Source: Octopus bimaculoides (taxonomy: Eukaryota). Taken from it: DNA of 64,000 bases. The first letter of the stretch is position 1. The number at the start of each line of letters is the position of its first letter. Where the stretch lies: positions 15,536,178 to 15,600,177 of the forward strand of contig NC_069004.1 of NCBI RefSeq assembly GCF_001194135.2, given 5' to 3'. The notes below the pieces were generated by a model. The model was not told the origin of the DNA. It was given only the letters and a program-made list of their open reading frames with translations, and did not search any database. The translations under genes were made by a program, and so were the position numbers. This document shows positions 14,006 through 40,320 of the stretch, in pieces.

Positions 14006-15761
14006 ATAGGCTTCTTTCAGTTTCCATCAACAAAGTTTTGGTCAGCTATAGTAGAAGACACTTGCCCAAAGTGTCATGTAGTGAAACTGAACCTGGATCC
14101 ATATGGTTGGGAAACAAACTTTTTACCACACAACCATGCCTACACCTATTTAACTTTGCTCTGGAATTTTCTAGAGACATTTCAAAGTTGTCTTTAAACT
14201 CGCATCACATATAGTGTGAATCTTCATATAGACTAACATCATGGGGTGGATTCTTGCCACCTGATATGTCAATGAGGAAATCTGCAATTGGTTTTTGGAA
14301 GAGCTCAGATGCTGTGTTAACTCCCCAAAGAGCAGCCTTTTGTACTGGGTCAACCCTGTGCTTGTGTGATAAGTGTTGAATTGACATGATTCTTCCAACT
14401 CAAGCTGAGGATATGCTTTCCAAAGATCCAACTTACTAAAAGTGTAGATGAGTTGGGGGTCTTGGTATTTGGCACAAGATGTTTCTCCTTCTGGATGATT
14501 CCTTCCACAAATCAATGCAAACTCTTCTTTGGTTTTCCTTGGAGACTACCCCCACCCCCACAGAATTCATAACCTTTTTTAAAAAGCATTTAACTATTCT
14601 AAGCAAGAAATATGTTTCAACAACATTACGTACATGGAACAGTATGTACTGATAAGGAAAGGGGTTAGTCGATCCAAAGGGATGAAAGGCAAAGTTGACC
14701 TAGGCGGTACTTGAACTCAGAACATAAAGAGCCGAAAGAAATACTGCAATGCATATTTTCCAACGTTCTAATGATTCTGCCAGCTCGCCACCTTCAGTCT
14801 ACTTATAATAATATAAGCAGGTGAAACGACGCAGGAACCGTTTCCGGTACACTTGTTTACAAAAATAATACCGACGCTGTACTACACATGTACGGTTAAG
14901 TGGTATTTATGTCATGCGTAGGTGCAAAACAGATGTTCTCGGATACCCAAATACCGAGGCCCGGATTTAATTTCTTCACTTATTACAATCAGTTATTAAT
15001 GAAGATTAGCAAAATCCAAGTTTCCCATAATTTTAGCAACTGAAACAAAAATTTTCGAAATAGAAAATAATACACTAAACTGTGGGATACGCCAAAATCC
15101 TTAGCGAACGAGGCACGACAAAGGGTACTTTTATTGTAATCAAAGGTGATGCGATGGAATCCACCTTCAGTGTTATATTTTATCGACCTTAGAGGGAAGT
15201 CAGATCGGTTCCCTATTCGTAAAGCAACAAAACAGAAAAAGTTTTCTGGACTTCTTTAGTAAAATCTTTTACTATATACGTTATATCGATCCGAAAATTG
15301 TCCTGTGGTGCAGAGAAATAAGAATTAACCAAACGAAATGATCAGTTAATGTCAGTCGATACGGTAAGCTCCCGGCAAACCGAGTGCGTCAGGTAACCTT
15401 CGAGCTACATTTACTTGAGTCATTTCAATTTGCTTGTGACCTTAAGACAAGTATGAACGTCACAAAATCTCCTTCATCATTCCCTTATAAACCTTCTGTC
15501 TTGTGCATCTCTAGGAAATTCCGCCGTTCCATCGATTCTCAGATACTCCGAGCACTGTTCTTTGACTGACATACATATAACGTTATGCCCTTGCCCTTTC
15601 ATAAATTAATACAACGAAGTCACAACGTTAGAATTAGTACAAATGACGAAAGAGAAATTAGCAGACAATAAGTGTATTACCAGTACAGCGAGACATTTCG
15701 GTTCAACAGTTGGTAATCCCCAATCTCCGTGCCAAATATCTAATTCTATACACTCTGCCAT
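6257..15761 (-). CDS. MTX1: Metaxin-1/3-like mitochondrial outer-membrane SAM complex subunit, 327 aa; exons complement(join(6257..6507,8390..8547,9145..9221,10817..10993,11815..11907,12531..12607,13331..13400,15681..15761))
   Basis: Eight GT-AG exons in consistent phase sum to 984 nt. N-terminus MAECIELDIWHGDWGLPTVEPKCLAVL-TYCKFSEVPV..NPFRSPSGELPLLR; LHLWWIDAKTY..PFPLNFY; GST-C-like LGNNLYFFGERPSLFDAIVFGYLA; C-terminal TM MVLAGIFAITAMVGYAFAIGLI plus acidic tail. Paralog choice (MTX1 vs MTX3) is not resolved. Confidence 0.95.
6926..6979 (+). ncRNA. Fossil type I hammerhead ribozyme, probably inactive
   Basis: CTCTCA/TGAGAG stem I, CTGATGA core, stem II GCATAT-GGAA-ATACAC, AAA at the GAA position, stem III ACTAA-GTAT-TTAGT, GTC cleavage triplet. 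Restoring three CpA to CpG gives a complete fold. Confidence 0.7.
7280..7500 (+). mobile_element. tRNA-derived SINE family C
   Basis: A-box-like TGGCAGAAACATTAGC, B-box GAGTTCAATTTC, then GACTTTGCCTTTTATCCTTTCGGGGTCGATAAATTAAGTACC. Other copies near 13.7k, 14.7k, 17.6k, 17.9k, 24.4k, 36.0k, 45.0k, 48.4k, 49.7k, 52.6k, 58.7k and 60.5k. Confidence 0.85.
8061..8352 (+). mobile_element. Young SINE family B copy in metaxin intron 7
   Basis: Highly similar to 30620-30912 (+) and 54415-54720 (-); retains CpGs; (GAT)n tail. Confidence 0.88.
13790..14152 (-). mobile_element. tRNA-derived SINE family D, near full length, with internal (CA)n
   Basis: Reverse-complement match to 16581-16960; similar copies at 33160-33505 and 47215-47555. 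Confidence 0.85.
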
Positions 15762-15789
15762 ATTTAGGTTGTTTCATTTAAATCCCCGT

Positions 15790-15930
15790 TGTTCGGCCAC
15801 GTGACACCAACAAGCTCTTTCTATTTCTCTCTCTCTTTGTCTCACTCTCTCACTTAATCAATCTCTCTCTTCCTCTCTCACAGGACATTCAGAACAAAAA
15901 GCGCTCTGAGAACGGGCGGACTTTCCATCA
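15790..15930 (-). promoter_or_regulatory. Probable metaxin promoter/5' region
   Basis: CpG-retaining zone about 14.7-16.1 kb; E-box CACGTG 15798-15803, GC box GGGCGG 15914-15919. Motif matches only; TSS unknown. Confidence 0.45.
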
Positions 15931-16580
15931 GAATTTTTTTAATATTGATTTATAGATATATTTTATGCATTCATAAAAAATAAATCTGTTGTAAAATATT
16001 ATTGGTTGCAGCGTATAAAATCTATTTTATCGTTTTCGGGAAAATAATTACAACTGTGCTAGCGATGGCACCCCCGGCCTTACTATAATACATGTATACC
16101 TACCCACCTACGTAACTTCCTTTATTTTTTACTTGTTTCAGGCGTTAGACTGTGGCCATGCTGGAGCACTGTCTTTAAAGATTTTAGTCGAACAAATCTA
16201 CCCCAGTACTTATTTTTTTTAAAAGACCGGTACTTATTCTATCGGATCCTTAGATAATATTTACCCCACGGCCAGAAATGTTTTCACAGAATATTGGAAA
16301 TGAATGGTACTGCTTATATGACTGGCACTCATTTTATCACATGATGTCATGACAAAGAAGCACAAACATATACACACATGTATAAATTTCTCTAGAATCT
16401 CTGTTTTGCTAGATTACAACTATGAAGGGATCATAACAGTAATAGGCACAGCCACTTTTTTAAGACCAAATCATTACAAAAAAGAAGAAATAGTTGGATG
16501 CAAAGCAATCAAAAATAAATACATAAATTGTCCTGAACATGAATCAACAGTGACCATTAAAATCATTACAACCATAGACA

Positions 16581-16960
16581 CAGGCATGGCTGCATGGTAA
16601 GAAGCTTGCTTCTCAACCACATGGTTCTGGGTTCAGTCCTACTGCATGGTACCTTGGGAAAGTGTCTTCCACTATAACCTTGGGCCAACCAAGGACTTGT
16701 GAGTGGATTTGGTAGATGGAAAGGGAAAAGAAATCCATCGTGTGTGTGACTGTATGTCTGCCTGTCTGTCCCCCACCACTGCTTGGTATGTTTATGTCCT
16801 AGTAACTTAGTGGTTTTGCAAAAGACACTGATAGAATAAGTACTAGGCTTTAAAAAAATAATGAAAAAGTACTGGGGCTGATTTATTCAACAAAAAATTC
16901 TTCAAGGCAGTGCCCCAGCATGGCCACAGTCTAATGACTGAAACAAGTAAAAGAAGAAGA
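16581..16960 (+). mobile_element. tRNA-derived SINE family D, near full length
   Basis: Head TGGCTGCATGGTAAGAAGC...GGTTCAGTCC (A/B boxes), CCTTGGGAAAGTGTC body, TG microsatellite, A-rich tail. Confidence 0.85.
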
Positions 16961-18847
16961 TAGAAGGTCACTTACAGACAAATATGGTTTGGTACCAGTA
17001 TATACCATGCTTCTGCCAATGGTCTTAGGTATCTAAGTAATCACAAACACAGATCATGCTTTCAACTCTCCCACTTTTGAGTCACCAAAGCTTTCAAGCT
17101 GTAAGAGCAGGAAGAAGAGAGACTGCATAAGTACTGGGCTGGTATGGTATTTATTGACCTCAAAGGATATGTAGCAAATGAGTGTGTTGCTCCTTGGTCT
17201 GGCTGACACAAAGAGAGAGAGAGAGATAGGAAATGCTCTCTGTTATATAGGCTATGGTCAGTAATGTAAATCAAACCCTAAACAAAGGACTGACCTTTCT
17301 TGATCAGCACAGGTCCTTGGGGATCAAGTGTTTCCTTCTCAATCATCTGGTGTGGAGAGGATTTCCCACTCATTTTGACAAGCAACAAGCGGATGGATTT
17401 GGTTTCAAATCTTGGCCCTGCCTGAGATTTGAAACTAAATCTACCTGCTCGATCCCCAAGGACCTGTGCTGGTCAAGGAAAGGGTTTGACCTACAGATGA
17501 AAGACAAACATGGTAGAATTTGAATTCAGAATGCAGACAGGTAGCACAAATATTCCTTTCTACTATAGGCACAAAACCTGAAATTTTCAGCGAGTGAGTG
17601 CATAAGTCAGTTACATCAACCCCAGTACTTATTTTATTGATCCTGAATGGATGAAAAAGCAAAGTCAACCTCAGCAAAATTTGAACACAGAACATAAAGA
17701 TGGACAAAATGCTGCTAAGTATTTTACCCAACATGCTAACAATTCAGCCAGCTCACCACATTGCATTAGCACAAATATTAATTTAAAATTTTGGCACAAG
17801 GCCAACCCCAGTGTTTTAACTGGTACTTATTTTATTGACCCCCAACCCCAAAAAGATGAAAGGCAAGGTCAACCATGGCAGAATTTGAACTTGGAAGGCA
17901 AAGACGGACCAAATGCCACCTAGCATTTTGCCTGGCATGCTAATGATTCTGCCAGCTTGCTGCCTTGACTAGCACAAATAGTGCAACACAGTTCAACACT
18001 CTATGACCCTGCCAAGTACGTATGAAAGATAAAATAAAAAAAGTTACTTATAAGAGGAAATAGTTGTTTCATTGATATAAGCTGGTAATTTTGCTGAAAA
18101 AACGAAAGTAATCCTTTTGTTGAGTAGTCCACTCTGTTGGGTGGTTAGTGTTAGGAAAGGCATCCATTTGTAAAAAACATGCCAAAACAGACACTGAAAT
18201 CTGGTGCAGACTTCTGCCTAGCCAGCTCCTGTCAAACCGTCCAACCCATGCCAGCATGGAACGCGGACGTTAAATTATGATGCTGATGAATGATACTTAT
18301 GATATACTAAATATCTGATACAACTTATGAAGTAAATTGCAATAACCAACAGGGTTTAGGAGTTTCTGAAACATCTCTTAGAGAACCTTGATGTTGTTGT
18401 TTAGTCTAAGAACGACCCTTATTGAGCATACCTATAATCTATAACATATCAGCAGTGACAGATCCGTCTTTTTAGGATTATATATCCTAATGTATCCTAT
18501 TTTTAAGTTGGTAGGTTATTTCAAGGATATTTGGCTATTATTTTTAGCAGTTTGAGCGGCCACTAGAGGCTCCCTATATGTCACAGGTATCACTCAGTAT
18601 CTTTGTAATAGCTAAAGACACCATGATTGATTCGAGAATTATTATTCAATGTGTACAGTGTTTAAGGATTCTAGTTAGTAAAATTGGGAATTAAACTTTA
18701 AAAGTAACTTAAAAAGCAGCTGAGATCATTTACGTAGGAGGGACGTTTTTTTAGTGAGCACCGGCAACAACCTGAACTTCACTATTTCATAACGTTCCTC
18801 ATGAAAATTTTCCAATTACTTGGTATATTTAATAGACTCCACTAAAA

Positions 18848-32275
<13,428 letters not shown>

Positions 32276-34803
32276 GATTTCATTAACATGAATTCTGTTT
32301 CTTTAGTAGGTATCTGACTTGAAGAACTTGCCATTTTACTAAATGAATAACACCATTCAGAAATTGTGCCATTTTGGGAACTAGGTTGATTCTGAAATCA
32401 AAACACCAAATCTCAAAATGGTAGCTGAAGATATATTATGTAATTGTCTTGTTCCTCAGTTGGTTGACTGTCACGCTAAGAACTATACACTGGAAGATTG
32501 CAGAAACTATATTAGTTCTTTGTCCACCGTAGAGAACTTTCTGCTCGTCCTACAGAAACTAACTGGCTTCAAAGAGATCAAACTTGTATTTTTGATATCC
32601 TTCAAGAAATTCAATTAAACATACGGTATTGTTTTTGTTTTGTTGTAAATAGTTTAAGTTATATTGGCTTTATCATCACCATCATTTTTCACCTGCTTGG
32701 ACAAGTCTCACCTCCTGGCTAGTTTGTTGTTGTTTATGTCATGGTTTTTATTACTGGATGTCCTTCATATCATTAATCACTTTACAGCTTGGATGAACTG
32801 GCAGGACATGCCTGCCTCTAAAGAGGGGAGTGGGGCACTGGATGGTACTGTCCCTTCACTATTGAGTGGTGCACTCTCAGAATTAGAAAATGCTATTTAC
32901 AAAAATCTTCCTACAATACAAATTAGTGCCCACCCCCAGGCACCAAAGTCTGGCCATGGGCATGTTGGTGACTTATGTGTCTCTGTTTGGTTTTACTACA
33001 TTGGTCTACCAAATGATATCAAGATAGACAGACTAATTAGGTTCTTTTTATTCTTGTCATGTCTGTCAATTAACACAATGAATAAATTATGGGAGAAATG
33101 CAACCAGATTATGAGGACTAAACATTACTTAGTTTTAAGTTGCCACTTCTCTTATCTTTTACTTGTTTCAATCATCAGACTATGGCCATGCTGGGGTACC
33201 ACCTTGAAAAATTTTTAGTCTACTGAATCAGCCCCAGTACTTATTCTATTGGTCTCTTCTGCTGAACTGCCAAGTTACAAGGACATAAACACACCAACAA
33301 GTGGTGGTGAGAGACAAACACAGACACGAAAACACACACACCCACATATATAATGATGATGATGGTGCTTCTTTCAGTTTCCATCCATCAAGTCCACTCA
33401 CAAGGCTTTGGATGGCCTGAGGCTATAGTAGAAAACAGTTGTTCAAGGTGCCATGCAGTGGGACTGAAACCAGAACCATGTGATTGGGAAGCAGCCATTC
33501 CTGCATTCTATACTTGTGTAACAACTTCTTAACATTAATTTAAATGTTCTAATTGTTGATTAAAGAGTTGTCATATTTTTAACATTTTTCTACAAACTAT
33601 ACTTTCTGGTACTTTACATAAATTTATTAACATTTCCTTGCTCTCTCTCTCTCTCTCTTCACCATAACATGCAATATATTAGTTGTGATTCTTCTTGTCT
33701 TATAATTTATCTCACTCTCTATGTTTGGTATTTTGTGAGCAATCTATCAAAAGTACTTTTAATCTTGTAGTATCCAGATTGCTGTCAAATGTAATGCTTA
33801 TTTACTCGCATCGGTTTGAATTAATTATACATTAAGTCATAGCCTCAATATTTTAGTGATGTGATTTGTTATTTTTAGAATAACATTGTAAGGTAGGTGT
33901 GAAATGCCAGATCTGGCTGGTTTGAGCATAAACAGAACAATATTTGGGCCAGATACGGTTCGTTTAAATGGTAAAGGCCTAAGTCTAACCATCTCAGCTT
34001 CATGTACCAAACTGTCATAGTTGTATTACCGTGATATAGAGTGAAAGTGGCTCACTTGAAAGAAAGAGGTGCTGAGTGATCTTTCTAACAGCACAGCTGC
34101 TTCTAAGAGCAAGAATGAGGGGAAATCAACCCAGTACATGACAGGTACTTTATTGGTCTCAGGAGAATGTAATGGTGAAGTTGACCATGGCAGGATCTGA
34201 ACTCAAAATCAAAGAATTGGAACTGCTACCACAAAGGTATTTGCTCATCACTAATCATTTTGTCAGTAAACCACATCAGGAGTCACTCATTCGGAACAAT
34301 TTAGTGCAATTACTGCACAGTCTCATCTCTAGTGTCACCGAGTTCTTTTCATCATTTGTCTTCTCAAAACTCAATTTAACAACCATTTCAGATTTTGTTA
34401 TACTCCTTTCATCACATCAATTTCCCACATAGTAAATATGGTAGTCTTCAGGTTTCATTTATTTTACGTCCATATGTGGGTATATGAAAATATCTTATGA
34501 AGTGACAACCATGCCCTGCATAGTTATGGGCTACCCTTTGGCAAGGCATAGCACCCATTAAGCCACCCTGCCAGGAATATAGCGAAGTCATGGGACTGCA
34601 GCTTGGCAGATTGTGAAAAGGTAGTGGAAGAACTCAAATGAGCCAACAGTGCTTCTTACATTGATGCTGAGCAGAAGAATCCTCGATCAACAGTCAGGAT
34701 CACCAAGCTCTATTAAGAGAGTAACTGGAACACATCCATAAGGGTGGCATCCATGGTTATGTAATCAGCTAATGAAAGATTCACTGTGACTCAAGTTCCC
34801 AAT

Positions 34804-35030
34804 TCACATGTCACCAGCATAGGAGTCTTTCATGTGTCACCAGTATAGGTGCTTTTCACATGTCACCAGCTAGGGTGCCTTTCACATGTCACTAGCATGG
34901 ATGCTTTTCACATGTCACCAACATGGGTGCCTATCACATGTCACCAGGTTGGGTGCCTTTCACATGTCACCAGCATTGGTGCCTTTCACATGTTACCAGC
35001 ATGGGTGCCTTTCACATGTTACCAGCACTG
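34804..35030. repeat. 26-bp minisatellite, about 9 copies (TCACATGTCACCAGCATGGGTGCCTT)
   Basis: Unit starts at 34804, 34830, 34856, 34882, 34908, 34934, 34960, 34986 and 35012. Confidence 0.95.
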
Positions 35031-35180
35031 GCCATGATTGTGATTTCACTTAGCTTGTCATGCCTTCTTAAGCAAATTTCCAAAAGTCACAGTCATTTGT
35101 CGTTGCCTCTGTGAAACTCACATCCAAAGATCATATTTCATTACCTCATCCCACATCTTCCTGGGCCTACTTCTACAGGT
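35030..35180 (-). mobile_element. RTE LINE 3' end whose 3' UTR runs into the minisatellite
   Basis: Minus strand reads CRSRPRKMWDEVMKYDL, homologous to GRRRPKKTWQKVVKADSQDL at 308-496. Confidence 0.75.
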
Positions 35181-35454
35181 TCACAATATTTTTTTACACA
35201 GCTTACTGCAACTAAAATATGCAATGTCAACTATTAAACAACTGAGTGTTCAGTTTTACAGTAAAAAAGACTGACATATTAAAATTAATAATCATTTTTT
35301 TTTTTGAAAGTTTATTTCTAAAAAATAAAATGTCATTTCTTTTCAACAAAATCTTATTGAATAAACTAATAAATCACTTCATCCCTTTTGCAAATGATTT
35401 ACCAAAATTCAGAGAAGTCAGATGAAAACAAAATGAATTTCATGAATTTTGAGG

Positions 35455-38400
35455 TCAATCGTCCTTCTTATTGGGAACCGATTGTGGAGTTGGTTCGGCA
35501 GCAGAAACCGGTGCATCCTGCAATAAAAGAAATAGGATTTTTAAAAAAAACTTTAAATAATTGTTTCACTTGATTTAAATACATCAGTTTAATGTTCATA
35601 CTTTAAAAGTCATCATCATCAACATCCGTTTTCCATGCTGGCAAGGGTTGGATGGTTTGACTGGGGACTGGCAAGCTAGGAGGCTGCACCAAGTTCCTAT
35701 CTGATCTGGCAATGTTTCTACAGCTAGATATCCTTCCTAATGCCAAGCACTCCAAGAGTGTAGTGGGTGTTTTTTACATGCCACCGGTATGGGAGCCAGT
35801 CAGGCGGTACTGGCAACAGCCACGTTTGGATGGTGCTTTTTATGTGCTACTGGCACAGGAGCCAGTTGGGGGTGCTTTTTATGTGCTACCAGCACAGGAG
35901 TCACTAATAACATTCTGGACAATTCCTTAATAAGATATTAGTTTCAAATTCTGACACAAGGCTAGTAATTTCACGGTAGTGGGGTAGTTGATTACATCAA
36001 CCCCAGTACTCAACTGATACTTATTTCATCGACCCCAAAAGGATGAAATGCAAAGTCGATGTCAGCAGAATTTGAACTCAAAACATAAAAACAGATGAAA
36101 TGCCACTAAGCATTTTATCAGGCACAAAATACAAGGGGAAGGAAACAGGCAAGGAAAACGGGGTTCCCTTTTTTCCTAAGCTTTTTATTTTTTTTAGTAT
36201 TGAAGTGTTTCGTAAAATGGGAAAAACTATTCAGAAAGACATTTCTCTACAAATTACCATAAAAAGGTTTTTTGTTTTTTTTTTAACACTTTGCTCTTCC
36301 ACCAATTCTGTACCATTTCCCATCCCCCAAAATTTGCGATAGTTATTCCAAAACTTCGGTGTTCTTTAGTCTTATTAGGTCAACCCTGATCGAGCAAAGG
36401 CATTCTATACGTGACCCTCACCCCATATTTGGAATCTTTTGCAAAAGGCAGGACGGTGTGGCTTAAGGGAAATTCAGCTTCTATTTCTAACAGACCAATT
36501 GAGCACATGGGGCCCCACGCTCCGTCCCAGGCCTCATTATCTCGCATCCTTTAATTTATATGATATACTGGAAAAAAAAAAACAAATGGTAGATTTCTTT
36601 TTAGAAAATATCGGGGAGGTGGTAACGAACTCCGGGTAAATTATATAACATCCAAAGAAATACAGGAAGGGAAATTTTCAGTTCCCAAAATATGACTTCT
36701 ATTACATAATAGAAGTCATATTTTGGGGACTGTCATCTCTCTCTTCATTCCTTAAAGACGGTTGACATAAACTTTACTGTCAAACAGACTCGAGTCATTA
36801 TAAATGAAAATTAGAGAAAATAAATTTAACTACTTGCTATAAGCTTTCCTTCATTAATATATTTTTACACGTTTTTCATTAAATTTTTTAAAAAATTATC
36901 TTTTGATTTGACACACCTGTTAGACATTGCCAACTTAGTTTATTGCTACCAGGGGTAGATCTCTTGATCTGGTCATTGATTTATTTAAGAACAACCTGTT
37001 GATATTCATCATTCAACTGGGACGTTAGTTTATTACATAAATATATTTAACGGTCAATGTCTGTTTTCTTTCTTCGCGCATGTTTGCGTTTCTTCGGTTT
37101 TAGATTTGTTTTTTAATGTGGGTTTTGTATTATATATGTAATCTCAGTTGGTAAATAGTGCATGTTAAGGAATATTCTAGTAGGTGTTAAAAACAAAAGA
37201 AAACTTTTTTTTCTTATCTATACGCATCTATTATATATTTATTCATCCTGATATTGATAATACTGCTAGCATTTACTTTTTTATTAATCATTTCACAAGA
37301 AAAACAGGACATCAACCAAAGTAATCATTATTATTTCGATTACTTCTGAAGTGATTGACCTAATTTGAATGTGACTAATGATAATAGTTACCTTAATTGG
37401 AATCAACTCATCCGTGACACCAAATATTTAGTGTTAGATAATGATACACACGCACACATAAATACAAACTTATCTTGTTCAGTAACGTGGTCAGGGTTGG
37501 TATCAATTGAGTAATTCATGTTATCACCAACTCTGTTATCAGACCGTATGGAATCCTTAGCAATAATGTTACAAACACACACAGACTGATGTTAGTAATA
37601 AATCGTAAATGCGTATCCTCTCTGCATTAAATGGCGACAGCAGTGACTCAGGAAAAAACACCTTTCGGTATTACTCAACCCATCCCCGTCGCGAATAAAA
37701 AATTACAATTAAAAACTTATGTAAAAATAAATGAGGGTGGGAAAATAACAAGATTCCCGCTAGTTTCACTTTTCCCTAACCCTTCTAGAAGTCCTTTGAT
37801 TTAAAAATATTTTTTCGATGTTAATCGATTATCAATCACAAGAAACCTTCTATTGTAAACGAGTCAATGAGGAAGACCAATAAATGATCGTTCGGTTTGT
37901 TAGAGATAGCAGTCAGTCTCCCTCAAATAATAAGCTTGCATCTTAAAAAAAAAAAAAATGTATAATGTAGTTTGGAAGCACACTAAACCCAGAACAAAAA
38001 ATGAGACGGGTGGAAATGTCTAGCTGTTTTTGACCGTAGGTCTGCTCAAACAGGGTTCTCTCGGAGTTAAATACGGAAATGTCGAACAGCTAATATTTCT
38101 TCAGAATGTCAACTCCCGATTTGATGTCATTGAGGGAAGTTAAAAGCGAGAACATCTTCACTGGTTGGAGGGAATACTGTTGGATGTTAACATGGGAAAT
38201 TGGTAAAATCCCTGTCAAAACGGAAAACATTCAACTTCTGTGTGCATCCTGATCTGAAACTTTGCCGAACAGAAAATAAAAATAAAATGGATCATTTGAT
38301 GGTTTATACGGCCATCGGCTGGTGGTTCACTTCACAAACAGGTTCTAGTTTACATCCTACTATACGAGGTGAATTGGTGCATTCAAACAGCAAATACCGA

Positions 38401-38720
38401 AATATACCATCACAATTTGCACAGTCACTGTTGTCATTTCGGAATATCAGGAATGTAAACTAGTGGTTAATCTACGATGATAGTGATCACACAATTCAGT
38501 TTATAAAATAAACAAATAAATTCACGATAGTTTAAAATGCTGAGAAGAGCAACAGACTTACATTTGGAGGTGGTGTGCTAGTTTTTGTGGAATTAGTAGT
38601 GTCAGCTGCAGAACTGATGGGTTTCTTCCATGGATCCCAGAATTTTAGAATGAACGGTCGAAGGAATCTGTGGAATATCCATAGGAAAAATGGTATTACA
38701 ATACAAGGTATACACACCAT
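35455..38720 (-). CDS. C18orf32: UPF0729 / C18orf32 homolog, 73-aa small membrane protein; exons complement(join(35455..35517,38562..38720))
   Basis: Starts MVCIPCIVIPFFLWIFHRFLRPFI, the family signature. Donor AAT|gtaagt at 38561; acceptor ttttattgcag| at 35518 gives DAPVSAAEPTPQSVPNKKDD*, ending in KKD-like residues as in the human protein. Minus-strand AATAAA at 35311-35316. Confidence 0.92.
36679..36732. repeat. 54-bp near-perfect palindrome
   Basis: CAGTTCCCAAAATATGACTTCTATTA-CA-TAATAGAAGTCATATTTTGGGGACTG; 26-bp arms with one mismatch. Confidence 0.95.
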
Positions 38721-38799
38721 GCTTAGAGGTGGATATAAATTGTTAGTTTTGTATTTTCTTCAGTTTTAAATACAAAAATTGTTTGTACTTCGTTTTTGT

Positions 38800-40320
38800 T
38801 TTGTCAACAAATATCCTCGACAATTACCTCCCTTTATATCACGTGACCTGATTGATCAGCTGACTGAGGTCGATCATTCATCAGTCAACGACGAACAGTC
38901 TCATGTTATGACACTAATCAAACTTTTTTTTTATTATTAAAGACGGCGATTTGGCAGAATCGGTAGCATGTCAGGACAAAATATTTAGCGGCATTCTGTT
39001 CGTTTTTATATTCTGAATTCAAATTCCGCCGAGATCGATTTGCCTTTTTGTCCTTTCGGGGTCGATGTCATAAGTACCAGTTGAGCACTGGAGGATCGAT
39101 GTAATCAACTTACCCCATCTCCCCAAATTGCTGGCCTTGTACCTACAGTGGAAAGAATTATTAAAAGTGGCGAGCTAGTAGAATCGATAGCGCGTCAGAA
39201 AAAAATGATTAGTGGTATTACGTTCTGTGTTCAAATCCCTCCGAGGCCAATTCTGTCTTTCGTCTTTTCGGGACCAATAAAATAAAATACCAGTCAAATT
39301 TTGGGATCAACATAATCGACTAACACCTTCCATCACCACAAAAACATGTGTTAGCTTTGGACCAAGATTTGAAGCAATTATTAAAAAGGATAATAATAAT
39401 AAAGTGTGTGTGTTATAATGATGAAGTCAAGCCAAATAAGAATATTTTGAAAGCATTTATTATGCATGTTTCAGAATTGGAAATACATCCCATTAGGCAA
39501 TATCTTCCTCAGTTAATACATTTCAAAATATTTTGAAATGTTTTAACTTTAAATTACTAAGAAGATGAATACAAATTATAAACATCAGATATTATAAATC
39601 AGGATGTTGTTGCTTGGCTCTTGAGTATTGGTCATTGAGCTAACCTATAATTAAAGGCATTCTAACAGTATCCAACTCGTCTTTTATTCAGTGTTTGTAG
39701 GCCTACATTATTTTATGTGTCCTTCATGTTTTAAGATGACACAGGTGATTTAGCTGCTATTTCTAATAGGATGAATTACCAACTCTTTGTCTGAGACAGA
39801 GAGAAATCTGTTTGAAAAAAAAAAAAAAAATAATAATGATGATTTCTTTTCTTTCTCTCTCACAAAAACTGGAACCGTTTTCTCTCCACAACTGACAATC
39901 TAATCCAAACTCATGAAACTGTCTTTTAACAAAAAGAGACATTGGTTAAAGTAATTCTAGAAGCAAAACAAAATGTTATTTGTTTGTAATTTTGTTTATT
40001 TTTTTCCATTGATATTATGTAGAATTAAAACAGAAAAACTGAATTTTAATAAATAAACTACTTAGAAAACATTTATTTGTAAATTTCTAAAACGAAGAGG
40101 CTTTAAACTTATATCCATCATCAGAAAAAGATGGAAATCAATCATAATCCCCCTCCTCTTCCTCCTTAATTCTGACGCTTTATCTTATAAACCCTTGTTA
40201 TGTTTTTACCAATAATTTCAGTATCTGACTACATTTCAAGTCAACTTGGTCTCATCAGTTGGAGTCAGAATGAAACAAGATACTGTTTGCTATGTCACCG
40301 TTACTTCCGGTTTCCATTGA
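38800..40320. promoter_or_regulatory. Divergent promoter region between C18orf32 and DNAJC16
   Basis: ATGs 1.9 kb apart head-to-head; TCACGTGA at 38839-38846; ETS-type ACTTCCGG at 40303-40310; CpG-retaining SINE copies in between. Confidence 0.45.
38940..39330 (+). mobile_element. Two tandem SINE family C copies, CpG-retaining
   Basis: GGCGATTTGGCAGAATCGG...AAATTCCGCCGAGATCGA; second unit from about 39168. Confidence 0.85.

Noticed and set aside
34804-35030. CRISPR-like regular repeat
   Set aside because: Units are directly adjacent with no unique spacers, the context is eukaryotic, and there are no cas genes; it is a minisatellite.
37631-37804. 57-codon ORF MATAVTQEKTPFGITQPI.. antisense in the C18orf32 intron, with a faint resemblance to the poly(A) polymerase N-terminus
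   Set aside because: The similarity covers only about 6 residues, with no good donor and no downstream exons found.
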